DNA of 64,000 nt from Candidatus Tayloriibacteriota bacterium (GCA_018883165.1 VEQN01000002.1:12134-76133); one strand, 5' to 3'. Positions 28,652-38,358 are shown, counted from the first letter of the stretch. Notes: generated by a model not told the origin, from the letters alone. Made by a program: numbers and translations.

Positions 28652-28670
28652 TAAACATAACGTAAGAAAC

Positions 28671-28925
28671 ATGAATATCAAAAAAGGCGACAATGTAATA
28701 GTGATAGCAGGAAAGGAAAAAGGCAAAACAGCCAAGGTTGTTAAAGCTATTCCTTCTCTAAACAAGGTGGTACTTGAAGGCTTGAATATGGTAAAGAAGC
28801 ATAAGCGAGCTTCAGGTAACCAGAAAGGTCAGCTTGTTGAATTCGCTGCGCCGATTCATGTTTCAAATGTTTCGCTTGCAGACAAAGTAAAAAAAGGTCG
28901 AGCTACAAAGAAAGCTACTAAATAA
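28671..28925 (+). CDS. rplX: 50S ribosomal protein L24
   Basis: MNIKKGDNVIVIAGKEKGKT; start set at the internal Met of the ORF-track entry. Confidence 0.9.
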   Translation: MNIKKGDNVIVIAGKEKGKTAKVVKAIPSLNKVVLEGLNMVKKHKRASGNQKGQLVEFAAPIHVSNVSLADKVKKGRATKKATK

Positions 28926-28937
28926 TATATTACCAAC

Positions 28938-29492
28938 ATGAAACATCTAACTGTAAAAGAAAAAGCACAAGGACTATACGAATCAATGAAGGGTCAGTTT
29001 GGATACACAAACATGTTCCAGGCACCACGAATGGTTAAGGTTATTCTTTCTGCTACAACTGGATCAATTAAAGATCCTAAAAAGCGAGAACTCATCGGTG
29101 ATCGACTCACAAAAATCTCAGGTCAGAAAGTATCAATCAAGGCTGCAAAGAAGTCTATGGCAGCATTTAAGGTACGACAGGGTGACAATGTGGGTTGGCA
29201 GGTGACTCTACGAGGTGAGAGAATGTGGAGTTTCCTTGAGAAACTTGTAAACATTGCGCTTCCTCGAACTCGAGACTTCCGAGGTATCGATTCTAAATCA
29301 GTAGATGCTATGGGTAACTATACTCTTGGTATCAAGGAACATACTGTGTTCCCAGAAACATCTGATGAAGAAATTAAGGATGTATTCGGATTCGCAGTAA
29401 CAATTGTGTCTACGTCGAAGACTAAAGAAGAAACTAAGGATATGATGGAAAAGCTTGGTTTCCTCTTTAAAAAAATTGACACAGCGAAATAG
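28938..29492 (+). CDS. rplE: 50S ribosomal protein L5
   Basis: 184 aa, order. Confidence 0.95.
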   Translation: MKHLTVKEKAQGLYESMKGQFGYTNMFQAPRMVKVILSATTGSIKDPKKRELIGDRLTKISGQKVSIKAAKKSMAAFKVRQGDNVGWQVTLRGERMWSFLEKLVNIALPRTRDFRGIDSKSVDAMGNYTLGIKEHTVFPETSDEEIKDVFGFAVTIVSTSKTKEETKDMMEKLGFLFKKIDTAK

Positions 29493-29519
29493 AACTGTTA
29501 GCATCAACGAACAAACAAC

Positions 29520-29705
29520 ATGGCAAAGACATCAACAGTAGCACGATCATCAAAAACACCTAGATTCAAAAGTCGAGTAGTTCGACGGTGTTTCCGATGC
29601 GGTCGAAAACACGGATACATGCGAGATTTCGATATGTGTCGAATTTGTTTCCGAGAGGCAGCAAATGAAGGTCTTATTCCAGGTATAACAAAAGCATCAT
29701 GGTAG
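29520..29705 (+). CDS. rpsZ: 30S ribosomal protein S14 type Z (zinc-binding)
   Basis: 61 aa with CFRCGRKHG...CRICFRE Cys4 motif. Confidence 0.93.
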   Translation: MAKTSTVARSSKTPRFKSRVVRRCFRCGRKHGYMRDFDMCRICFREAANEGLIPGITKASW

Positions 29706-30088
29706 ACGTAATTGCAGAACTAACAAATAATCTTAAGGTTTCAAATCTTGCAGGAAAAGATATGGTAACTTTGCCATACTCTAAGTATCGAGAATCTATT
29801 CTTGAAGCACTTAAGCGAGCAGGTTTTATCAAGTCTTTCGAACTGAAAGGTAAGAAAGTAATCAAGACTATCGAGGTTGAACTCGCATACGAAGATGGTA
29901 AGTCTGCGATTCAGGGAGTTGAACTCATTTCAAAGTACTCACGACGAATGTATTCTCCAAAGGATGCAATCAAGAGTGTACGAAGTGGCTACGGTGCCCT
30001 CATAGTTACAACATCAAAGGGTGTAATGACAGGATCTGAAGCTCGAAAGTCGAATGTTGGTGGAGAGGTATTGTTCAAGATTTGGTAA
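29699..30088 (+). CDS. rpsH: 30S ribosomal protein S8
   Basis: Overlaps rpsZ stop by 7 nt (ATGGTAG). Confidence 0.93.
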   Translation: MVDVIAELTNNLKVSNLAGKDMVTLPYSKYRESILEALKRAGFIKSFELKGKKVIKTIEVELAYEDGKSAIQGVELISKYSRRMYSPKDAIKSVRSGYGALIVTTSKGVMTGSEARKSNVGGEVLFKIW

Positions 30089-30106
30089 TTTAATTAATAT
30101 ACATAT

Positions 30107-30640
30107 ATGTCACGAGTAGGAAAGCAAACAATCGAAATACCAGCAAAAACAGAGGTGAATCTCGCTGGTGATGTGTTGACTGTAAAAGGTCCAAAAGGAG
30201 AAATATCAAGACCTTTTAAATCTGTGATTTCAATAAAGATTGAGAACAATCAGATTACACTTACTCCTAACAAGAAAGATCTTGCAACAACTGCACTTTG
30301 GGGAACATACGCTTCACATATTAAGAACATGATTAAGGGCGTTACAGAAGGATATACAGTTAAGCTTGTTCTTGAAGGTATTGGATACAAGGCTGATGTA
30401 AGTGGTAACTCACTCAACATGGCACTTGGTTTCTCACACCCTGTGAAAATTGAAATCCCAGCTGGTGTTACTGTGGCATCAGAAAAGGGTATCCTTACAT
30501 TCTCAAGTATTAACAAAGAAACTGTTACACAGTTTGCAGCAACAATCCGATCATTGAAGAAGCCTGAACCATATAAAGGAAAAGGTTTCCGATATGAGGA
30601 TGAGAAGATTAAGCGAAAGCAAGGTAAGAAAGCAGCATAA
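30107..30640 (+). CDS. rplF: 50S ribosomal protein L6
   Basis: [13 protein letters not shown]-terminus. Confidence 0.95.
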   Translation: MSRVGKQTIEIPAKTEVNLAGDVLTVKGPKGEISRPFKSVISIKIENNQITLTPNKKDLATTALWGTYASHIKNMIKGVTEGYTVKLVLEGIGYKADVSGNSLNMALGFSHPVKIEIPAGVTVASEKGILTFSSINKETVTQFAATIRSLKKPEPYKGKGFRYEDEKIKRKQGKKAA

Positions 30641-30654
30641 CATTTAGTAAATAT

Positions 30655-30999
30655 ATGAAAAAGTCAATTATATCAACAACACGAGATCGAAGACGAAAGA
30701 GAATCCGAGCGAAAGTATCGGGTACTGAAGATCGACCACGACTCTCAGTATATAAATCAAATGCATACATGTATGCACAGGTTATTGATGATACAAAAGG
30801 ATTGACTATTGTTTCTGCTTCATCTATGAATGTTAAGGGAAACAAGACAGAGGCTGCTGCTAAGGTGGGTACTGAGCTCGCTAAGCTTGCTAAAGCTAAA
30901 GGAGTAACTAAGGTTGTATTCGACCGAGGTGGCTTCATTTATACAGGTCGAGTAAAAGCTCTTGCAGATGCTGCTCGAGAAGGTGGACTAGAATTTTAA
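30655..30999 (+). CDS. rplR: 50S ribosomal protein L18
   Basis: 114 aa, order. Confidence 0.93.
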   Translation: MKKSIISTTRDRRRKRIRAKVSGTEDRPRLSVYKSNAYMYAQVIDDTKGLTIVSASSMNVKGNKTEAAAKVGTELAKLAKAKGVTKVVFDRGGFIYTGRVKALADAAREGGLEF

Positions 31000-31008
31000 T
31001 ACAAACAT

Positions 31009-31638
31009 ATGACTGACAACGCACAAAATCTAAACGAAGAAGTAATCAACGAAGTAGCTACACCGGTAGTGACTGAAGAGACTTCATCTGAAGCTCCACG
31101 AAGAGATTTTCGAGGACGAGGACGAAATGGTGCTCCACGAGGAAAAGGAGGAGACCGACGAGGTGGTCCTAAGCGAGAACCTCGAGCTAAGCCTGAGTAC
31201 GATCAGAAGATTATTGATATCCGACGAGTAACTCGAGTATCTTCAGGAGGACGACGATTCAGTTTTGCAGTTTCTCTTGTTGCAGGTGACCGAAAGGGTA
31301 AAGTAGGAGTAGGGACTGGAAAGGGAGGTGATACAGCGCTTGCTGTCGAAAAAGCACTCCGAAGTGCAAAGAAGAACATGATTGTTGTAAGTACAACAAA
31401 GTCTGGAAGTATTCCACACGAGGTCATGACAAAGTTTGGTAGTGCACGAGTACATATCATGCCAGCTCCAGGTAAAGGAATCGTTGCTGGTTCATCAGTA
31501 CGAGATGTAATTGACCTTGCTGGTATCAAAGATGTTACAGCTAAACTACGATCAGGTACAAAGAACAAGCTCAACAACGCACGAGTAGCTATTGAAGCAC
31601 TCAAGCAGCTCAAGAAACCACGAGCGTACAGTAAATAA
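31009..31638 (+). CDS. rpsE: 30S ribosomal protein S5 (Arg/Gly-rich N-terminal extension)
   Basis: 209 aa; dsRBD and S5 C-domain sequence; followed directly by rplO with no L30 gene. Confidence 0.93.
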   Translation: MTDNAQNLNEEVINEVATPVVTEETSSEAPRRDFRGRGRNGAPRGKGGDRRGGPKREPRAKPEYDQKIIDIRRVTRVSSGGRRFSFAVSLVAGDRKGKVGVGTGKGGDTALAVEKALRSAKKNMIVVSTTKSGSIPHEVMTKFGSARVHIMPAPGKGIVAGSSVRDVIDLAGIKDVTAKLRSGTKNKLNNARVAIEALKQLKKPRAYSK

Positions 31639-31656
31639 TTTCCTAACGTTATTACC

Positions 31657-32094
31657 ATGCAAAAACACAATCTACAGCGAAAAACAAAGAATAAGAAGAA
31701 GATACAGGTGGCACGAGGAGGAAAGCGAGGAAAGACTGCTGGCCGAGGAACAAAAGGTCAGAAGGCACGAGCTGGTCACAAAATCCGACCTGAACTTCGA
31801 GATATGATCAAACGACTTCCTAAAATGCGAGGTCGAGGTGTTAACTCAAACAAGTCTATCCAGGAAAAAGCATTCCCAATTAATCTCTCAAACCTTGAAT
31901 CATTCAAAGCTGGTTCTATTGTATCTCCTAAAACTCTTGTAGAAGCTGGTGTTATCGAAACAAAGAACAATCGATATCCACGAGTTAAGCTTCTTGGTAT
32001 GGGTGAGGTGACTGTCGCTTTAACTGTACGAGATTGTATGGTTTCAAATGAGGCAAAAGTCAAGATTGAAAAGGCGGGGGGAAAGATAGTATAA
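31657..32094 (+). CDS. rplO: 50S ribosomal protein L15
   Basis: 145 aa, order. Confidence 0.93.
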   Translation: MQKHNLQRKTKNKKKIQVARGGKRGKTAGRGTKGQKARAGHKIRPELRDMIKRLPKMRGRGVNSNKSIQEKAFPINLSNLESFKAGSIVSPKTLVEAGVIETKNNRYPRVKLLGMGEVTVALTVRDCMVSNEAKVKIEKAGGKIV

Positions 32095-32101
32095 TGCCTT
32101 C

Positions 32102-33373
32102 ATGTCAAATATAATACAGAAAATTAAGCATATCTTTCAGGATAGTAGTTTGCGTAAACAAGTTCTATTTGTATTCGCTGCACTTGCTATTTTCCGATTG
32201 CTTTCAGTTGTACCAATTCCTGGTGTTAATCAGGCTGCGCTATCACAGTTTTTAAATAATAACCAATTCTTCGGTCTTCTTAATATGTTCTCTGGAGGAG
32301 GACTTTCTACTCTTTCAATCGTAATGCTTGGTGTTGGTCCGTACATCACTGCATCTATTATCATGCAGCTCTTCACAATGATGAGTCCTAAGCTTAAAGC
32401 AATGTACCAAGAAGAAGGTGCTGCTGGACGAATGAAATTCTCACAGTACTCACGACTTCTTACTGTGCCACTCGCATTCGCACAGGCTTTTGGTTTCATT
32501 GTACTTCTTCAGCGACAGGGTGTTGTGCTCGAATTGGGTACATTCGCACTCCTCACAAACGTAATTACAATTGTTGCTGGATCAATGCTTCTTATGTGGA
32601 TTGGAGAAATCATGACCGAGTTTGGTATTGGTAACGGTCTCTCAGCAATTATCTTTGCTGGTATCGTTGCAAGTCTTCCACAGTTCATTTCACAGGCATA
32701 CTTTGCTTTCCAAGCAGAACAGATCCCGGTATACATTGTCCTAGGTGCACTTGCACTCTTTACAATCTTTGCTGTGGTACTCATTACAGAGGCTGAGAGA
32801 CCGGTTCCTGTAACATATGCAAAGCAGGTGAGAGGTGGAAATACATATGGTGGTGCATCAACATACCTCCCACTTCGACTAAACCAAGCTGGTGTTATTC
32901 CAATCATCTTTGCGCTCTCAATCCTTCTTCTTCCGCAGATGGTATTAAACATGCTTTCATACCTTGGTAATGCGACTATTGCTTCAATTTCAATTGCAGT
33001 GAATAGTTTCATGCAGAATCAGTGGTACTATGCTGGAATATACTTCCTCTTTGTATTCTTCTTCACATACTTCTATACAGCAGTTACTTTTGATCCAAAG
33101 AGTATCTCTGAAAACCTACAAAAGAACGGTGCCTTCATCCTAGGTGTACGACCAGGTGAACCTACAGCTGAATATCTTGGCAAGGTTGTAACAAGAATCA
33201 CTCTTGTTGGTGCTTTGTACCTAGGTATCATCGCGGTACTTCCTCCAGTAATTCATGCAATAACAGGGCTACAGTTCCTCACAATCGGTGGTACTGCACT
33301 CCTCATCGTAGTATCAGTAGTACTTGATGTCATGAAGAAGGTAAATGCTCAGCTCTCGATGCGAGAATATTAG
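32102..33373 (+). CDS. secY: preprotein translocase subunit SecY
   Basis: 423 aa, 10 TM helices, position after rplO. Confidence 0.95.
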   Translation: MSNIIQKIKHIFQDSSLRKQVLFVFAALAIFRLLSVVPIPGVNQAALSQFLNNNQFFGLLNMFSGGGLSTLSIVMLGVGPYITASIIMQLFTMMSPKLKAMYQEEGAAGRMKFSQYSRLLTVPLAFAQAFGFIVLLQRQGVVLELGTFALLTNVITIVAGSMLLMWIGEIMTEFGIGNGLSAIIFAGIVASLPQFISQAYFAFQAEQIPVYIVLGALALFTIFAVVLITEAERPVPVTYAKQVRGGNTYGGASTYLPLRLNQAGVIPIIFALSILLLPQMVLNMLSYLGNATIASISIAVNSFMQNQWYYAGIYFLFVFFFTYFYTAVTFDPKSISENLQKNGAFILGVRPGEPTAEYLGKVVTRITLVGALYLGIIAVLPPVIHAITGLQFLTIGGTALLIVVSVVLDVMKKVNAQLSMREY

Positions 33374-33401
33374 AAGTACTTTCGATATTTGAACTACACG
33401 A

Positions 33402-33428
33402 AGCCCTGGGAAACCAGGGTTTTGTGTT
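33402..33428 (+). terminator. terminator after secY
   Basis: aagccctgg-gaaa-ccagggtttt. Confidence 0.65.
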
Positions 33429-33504
33429 GTAAACGGTTTAAACATGGCATCTTAAAAACTTTTGTTGGTAAAACAATCTATCTAAGTGGTAATCTGCAAA
33501 ATGA

Positions 33505-33669
33505 AAAAAGGTATCATATGACGGAGTGGCAGGAAAGACTGCTTTTGATGCGAATGGTGATCAAGCAGTTGCTGAGTTTACAGTGAAGAAGATTGAGAAC
33601 GGGAAAGCTGTGATCATTAAATATGTGATAGGTAATGGACGAAGCCACACCGGTTAGGTGCGGCTTTTC
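33505..33669 (+). pseudogene. C-terminal 46-codon remnant of a Liv-type (PBP1) substrate-binding protein gene; no start codon
   Basis: In-frame translation KKVSYDGVAGKTAFDANGDQAVAEFTVKKIENGKAVIIKYVIGNGRSHTG* matches the conserved C-terminal Y-GVTG-I-FD-NGD region of Liv SBPs. It opens directly after a stop, has no ATG, and is followed by its own terminator (33644-33675). Confidence 0.6.
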
Positions 33670-33725
33670 GTTTGTTTCCATATTAAGGCAAAAGAGGCCC
33701 ACTTATGGTATTAAGTGTTAGCTAT

Positions 33726-35738
33726 TTACTCTGACACAAACAAGCTAAAGAAAGATACAAACGGCGCGAGTAACTTAGACAGGATACCTGTGTTTTCTGG
33801 TGTGCTGACTGGTCGTGCATTATTCAATGTGGTTGTCGCACTGTTGTTGTCATGTGAACCAATGAATCTTTGTACAAGCTTAGACTGTTCTGTCTTGTTG
33901 TTTTGTAACGATGAGTTCTCTGCAATCTCTCTCTTTGTCTCTGCTGGTGGAGGTGGTAGGAGGGGGTTGGTGTAAGATACCGTATTTGGTTTTGGCTGCT
34001 CGGCTGTTTTTTGGTCTGCACCTTTAGTTTCTACCGTTTTCGGTTTCTCATTTTTATTTTTAGCTACACTTTTCTTACTGTTTGGTATATTCGGTATCTG
34101 TGGACGTACGGGCCCTAGGGTGAGCTTCCATTTTCCAGCCGGGATTATTCTGAAAAGAGCATCGTCGTATTTGTTGTTTGGGTCGTACAGGTCAATTGTG
34201 TTCACGATCGATATACCCTTGTATGTACTTGCAGAAGAGTCATCATAGTAGCCGATGTGCACACCGTTAACGATAATTTCAGCACCGTGTGCAGGTCTGT
34301 ATTTCCGTATGAGATCAGGTGACAGTGCTACTGATCCCAGTGTGAGTAAATTGTTATTGTTTCCTCGTTGCTGCTTTGTGTTACTGTCAGGGGTCTTGTC
34401 ATTAGCACTTCCGTAACTTGTGAAGTGTAGTGTTCCATCGGTTGTCCGTCCGCCACTTTTGGTGCCGTATTTAAACAAATCATCGAGATATTCACTCACA
34501 GTATTTGAATCTGAGTTTTGATATACCACCTCCTTTGAGACCGGGTTTGCATTTCCTGTAGAGGTGAAGCGAGTCTGACTCTCCTTGATTTCAGGGTCAT
34601 ATGGCTTAAGAAACCTAAACGGTACAGGATATGCCTCATTACCACATTCTGCGAGTGGGTTAGTCACATACGGCTCTTTTCTATCAAGCGCCCTTTGGAT
34701 GAACACCCAAGGTACTGAGCATACACCTAGTGACTCATAGTTGTCACATCTTGAATCTCTATCCGCCCTGTTCTTATCAACCACCTTCTTAATCTCTTGA
34801 TACAACTCATATGCTTGATTCCTTGCTTTTGTTGAACTGGTTATCTTTCCTGAGAAAAGGTTATTGTTTAGTCTAAAGCTTGCGAAATCTACTGATGGCT
34901 TACCCCATCTGACAATATCTTTCGCATCCTCTTTAGACAATTTGTATGGATCTACATATATGTAGTCTATGCCAGGGCCGTTGAATGTTTTAGACAATTG
35001 ATATGCGGCATCAGCACCTAATCCATTACCAACGATGAGTACACGCCTTTTAAATGGGAAATGTGGCATATTGTTATACCATGTGAAATCTATACGTAGT
35101 CGTTTAGCTAATGCTGCGGCTACTCCAACAGGTTCACCATCACTTTCGTATGGTGTAGCAAGGAACTGGCCATTTTCTACTCGTGTAATTTGGAATGCAT
35201 TTTGGGTGTGTTGAATCTTATTATCGTATGTAATACCCTTACTATCCCATACGCCGTCTAATCTCCATCCTGGTACAGAAGGGAAAAGCATCTTCTCGCT
35301 GTCTTTACTATTTGAGTACATTTTGAGGTCGTGTACAAAAGAATGGAACCAATCACCAGACCAGAAGGTATTGTATGAAGCATTCTTTAGACTACCCTTG
35401 TATTGTGAAGGAGATTCACCACTAATGGTATATATTGTTGTGTCTCCACAGTACATCTTTCCTTCTATCGGGGCTTTCACTTCTGAAGTTATACTTGGAT
35501 TGTTTCCTAAGTATGAAGCAGAATATTTTCCATATGCTTTATCTGTGTCGCTTGACTTTAAGACCTCCTCATATGCCTTAAAATTTGGGCTTTCCTTTAA
35601 TATGCTATCCAGTTCCATATCCGTAGGGTACGTAACACTGACAGCCTCTACAATTTTGCTAGCTATTGATTGACTCATGATTGCAACTGCGCAAATGATG
35701 AATGTAGATAGAATCGCTTGGTGGATGTTTTTTTTCAT
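33726..35738 (-). CDS. large secreted protein of unknown function
   Basis: 670 aa; signal peptide; RVLIVGNGLGADAAYQL GxGxxA dinucleotide-binding-like motif; Pro-rich PPPPAE linker and C-terminal hydrophobic segment. Confidence 0.6.
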   Translation of the reverse strand: MKKNIHQAILSTFIICAVAIMSQSIASKIVEAVSVTYPTDMELDSILKESPNFKAYEEVLKSSDTDKAYGKYSASYLGNNPSITSEVKAPIEGKMYCGDTTIYTISGESPSQYKGSLKNASYNTFWSGDWFHSFVHDLKMYSNSKDSEKMLFPSVPGWRLDGVWDSKGITYDNKIQHTQNAFQITRVENGQFLATPYESDGEPVGVAAALAKRLRIDFTWYNNMPHFPFKRRVLIVGNGLGADAAYQLSKTFNGPGIDYIYVDPYKLSKEDAKDIVRWGKPSVDFASFRLNNNLFSGKITSSTKARNQAYELYQEIKKVVDKNRADRDSRCDNYESLGVCSVPWVFIQRALDRKEPYVTNPLAECGNEAYPVPFRFLKPYDPEIKESQTRFTSTGNANPVSKEVVYQNSDSNTVSEYLDDLFKYGTKSGGRTTDGTLHFTSYGSANDKTPDSNTKQQRGNNNNLLTLGSVALSPDLIRKYRPAHGAEIIVNGVHIGYYDDSSASTYKGISIVNTIDLYDPNNKYDDALFRIIPAGKWKLTLGPVRPQIPNIPNSKKSVAKNKNEKPKTVETKGADQKTAEQPKPNTVSYTNPLLPPPPAETKREIAENSSLQNNKTEQSKLVQRFIGSHDNNSATTTLNNARPVSTPENTGILSKLLAPFVSFFSLFVSE

Positions 35739-35880
35739 TGATAATCGGTGATTGATATTAATACATGTAATTATACATTAGAATGTGAATGTTGCTTATC
35801 GTTCATCGCGCTGTTGTATTATTAATTAGTTGGTAAGGGGGGTGCACCAGAGAATGACATAGATTTGAACCGTTGATTTT

Positions 35881-35889
35881 TGATATACT
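35881..35889 (+). promoter_or_regulatory. extended -10 TGaTATACT 6 nt before livH ATG
   Basis: tgatatact acctct ATG. Confidence 0.4.
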
Positions 35890-35895
35890 ACCTCT

Positions 35896-36795
35896 ATGGA
35901 AAGTATAGTCCCACAACTCATGGCAAACAGTATTATAGCCGGAGGTATCTACGCTCTAGTGGCACTCGGTTTTAACCTCATATACGGAGCGACTAAATTC
36001 TTTAATCTCACTCATGGTGTAATTGCTGCAATCGGAGGATATACAGTATTTTACATTACCAAAAAGAATGATTCCCTCGCTTCGTTCTTTAATCAATCTA
36101 TTGGAGGTACTGTATTTGCGGTACTTATTGGAGTTTTGTGTGCAGCACTTGTTGGATATTTGCTGGATAAGTTCTTATACAAGAAACTACGAGACAGAAA
36201 AGCAAGCCCTATGGTATTTCTAGTTGCATCTCTTGGAGCATTCACATGTCTTCAGGCATTTCTTGCAATCTTGTTTACTAGTCAGTTTCAAACACTTGGA
36301 GGTGGAGCAGGGGACATTGTGACATATACAATATTCGGTGGAATAATTACAGAGGTTCAAGCTATAGTAATAGTGTCAGTGGTTGTCATTATGCTTGTGC
36401 TCGGTATTTTCCTTAAGAAATCATTATTTGGAAAGTCAGTTGAAGCTATTTCTGATGATGAGCATGTAGCAAAGATTGTGGGTATTCATACAGAAAAGAT
36501 TATCTCAATTGTATTTGTAATTGGATCAGCAATTGCAGGTCTCGCTGGAATATTAGTAGGGTATGACACAGGTCTTGAGCCAACTATGGGTATGGGATTA
36601 CTACTTAAAGGTGTTATCGCTTCGATTATTGGTGGTATTGGAAATGTATATGGTGGTGTACTTGGCGCCTTTCTCCTTGGTTTTGTTGAGAACTTTGGTA
36701 TTTGGAAAATCTCAGGTGAATGGAAAGATGCGATTGCATTTGGACTACTCATTGTCTTTTTGATTGTGAGACCACAAGGGATATTGAAGAGGTAA
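35896..36795 (+). CDS. livH: branched-chain amino acid ABC transporter permease
   Basis: 299 aa, about 8 TM, LivH-type permease sequence. Confidence 0.85.
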   Translation: MESIVPQLMANSIIAGGIYALVALGFNLIYGATKFFNLTHGVIAAIGGYTVFYITKKNDSLASFFNQSIGGTVFAVLIGVLCAALVGYLLDKFLYKKLRDRKASPMVFLVASLGAFTCLQAFLAILFTSQFQTLGGGAGDIVTYTIFGGIITEVQAIVIVSVVVIMLVLGIFLKKSLFGKSVEAISDDEHVAKIVGIHTEKIISIVFVIGSAIAGLAGILVGYDTGLEPTMGMGLLLKGVIASIIGGIGNVYGGVLGAFLLGFVENFGIWKISGEWKDAIAFGLLIVFLIVRPQGILKR

Positions 36796-36877
36796 TTTAT
36801 TTTTAGTGTGAATTCATATCATCTTAATATGCGCAAATTATACTTAATTGTGCATGATACATGATTTTTATCTCTGG

Positions 36878-37246
36878 ATGGAGAGAAAAGAAAAGATTCA
36901 TCTGAGCGATTCAGCACCGCGGTTTGTTCACGAGAAAGAGATCTGGTGGTGTTCAGTGGGGCAGAATATTGGATTCGAGACCAATGGTAAAGGTTTCGAT
37001 TTCTGCAGACCGGTTCTTGTAATCAAAAAGATGAGCAAACATACATTTATTGGTGTTCCGTTGACCACAAAACCCAAAAACGGTTCTTGGTATGTAGGTT
37101 TCAAGCACAAAGAAAAAGATATTGTAGCAGATATTTCTCAATTAAGGATGTTTGATTGTAAAAGACTTCTAAAAAAGATTGGGGAAACACGGGATACCGA
37201 GTATGTCTTGGTCAAGAAGGGTATTGGTTGCTTGTTGGATATATAA
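36878..37246 (+). CDS. PemK/MazF-family toxin-like protein (orphan, no adjacent antitoxin ORF)
   Basis: KEIWW...RPVLVI...GVPLTTK pattern parallels the MazF/Kid (G)EIW..RPVLIV..VVPLTS core; 122 aa from the MERKEK start. Confidence 0.55.
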   Translation: MERKEKIHLSDSAPRFVHEKEIWWCSVGQNIGFETNGKGFDFCRPVLVIKKMSKHTFIGVPLTTKPKNGSWYVGFKHKEKDIVADISQLRMFDCKRLLKKIGETRDTEYVLVKKGIGCLLDI

Positions 37247-37358
37247 AAAATTACCCCCGCCATCACTGGCGGGGTCGTGGGAAATCCCAAATATGTATCA
37301 AGTATATACTCATATTAGCCTTTGTCAAAAATGCAATATTCTGTATTATGTACCCATG

Positions 37359-38285
37359 ACAACAATCAAAGTTTTTGGCCATATTTCTCCAGATACAGAC
37401 GCAACAAGCTGTCCGATAATCTGGGCCTGGTATCTTAATAATCACACAACTCTTAAAGCAGAACCGTATGTGCTCGGCGATTTCAATAAAGAAGCAAAAT
37501 TCGTACTCTCAAGATGGGGGCATAAAGAACCACAGCTTCTTGAGAAGGTAACTCCTGAAGATTCTATTGTGATTGTAGATACAAACAACCCACAAGAGCT
37601 TCTTCCTGGAGTAAATGAAGCAAATATCTTGCAAATCATTGATCATCACAAGCTAGTAGGTGGTCTTGAGACCAAGGGTCCAATCGAGGTAACGATTAGA
37701 CCGGTTGCATCTACTGCAACTGTAATACATGATCTTATGGGTCCAGTTGCCGACAATCTCCCAGAAGACATTGCTGGTATTATGCTCTCATGTATCCTCT
37801 CAGATACGTTAGAGTTTAGATCTCCAACCACAACTCCTCACGACAAGGCAATTGCAGAGAAGCTTGCAAAGCAGCTCGGTATTAATATCACTGAGTATGC
37901 ACATGAAATGTTTAAGGCGAAATCAGATGTCTCTGATTTTACCGATACGGGATTAATACATATGGATAGTAAGAAGTTCGAGGTGGGGGATAAGAACATT
38001 CGAGTATCAGTTGTTGAAACTACAGATCCTCAATCAATTCTTGATAGAAAAGCGGGTATCGTCTCAGCCATTGATGAGGTTATTAAAAAAGATGGTGACA
38101 TTGATGATGTGCTCTTCTTCATCGTGGATATATTGAAAGAAGAGGCTACGGTGTTTACGCATAATGATTTTCTAAAGAGTGTCGTATCTGCATCTTTTGG
38201 TGTAGATGCATCAAGTGATACACATGTACTTCCAGGTATTGTGTCTAGAAAGAAACAAATTGTTCCGGCACTAAAGCTTGCGTAG
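37359..38285 (+). CDS. ppaC: manganese-dependent inorganic pyrophosphatase (family II, DHH)
   Basis: VFGHISPDTDA, IIDHHK, LSCILSDTLEFRSPTTT and GIVSRKKQIVPAL motifs. Start set at MTTIKVFGH; the ORF-track N-terminal extension overlaps the MazF-like gene. Confidence 0.85.
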   Translation, partial: TTIKVFGHISPDTDATSCPIIWAWYLNNHTTLKAEPYVLGDFNKEAKFVLSRWGHKEPQLLEKVTPEDSIVIVDTNNPQELLPGVNEANILQIIDHHKLVGGLETKGPIEVTIRPVASTATVIHDLMGPVADNLPEDIAGIMLSCILSDTLEFRSPTTTPHDKAIAEKLAKQLGINITEYAHEMFKAKSDVSDFTDTGLIHMDSKKFEVGDKNIRVSVVETTDPQSILDRKAGIVSAIDEVIKKDGDIDDVLFFIVDILKEEATVFTHNDFLKSVVSASFGVDASSDTHVLPGIVSRKKQIVPALKLA

Positions 38286-38358
38286 TTTTGGTAACAAAAA
38301 CCGCCCAGATGGGTGGTCCTTGTTATATTGCAAAACATAATTTTTAAGCCATAATTAC

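Noticed and set aside
32509-33012. 167-aa minus-strand ORF inside secY
   Set aside because: Antisense to the highly conserved secY; no motifs.
33389-33586. 65-aa ORF MNYTKPWETRVLCC... after secY
   Set aside because: It begins inside the secY terminator and overlaps, in another frame, the much better supported SBP C-terminal remnant; no features.
37179-37358. N-terminal 60-codon extension of the ppaC ORF in the ORF track
   Set aside because: It overlaps the MazF-like gene. Family II pyrophosphatases begin at the conserved xxxVFGHxxPDxD motif, which here follows Met at 37359 and is preceded by a TATTAT -10.
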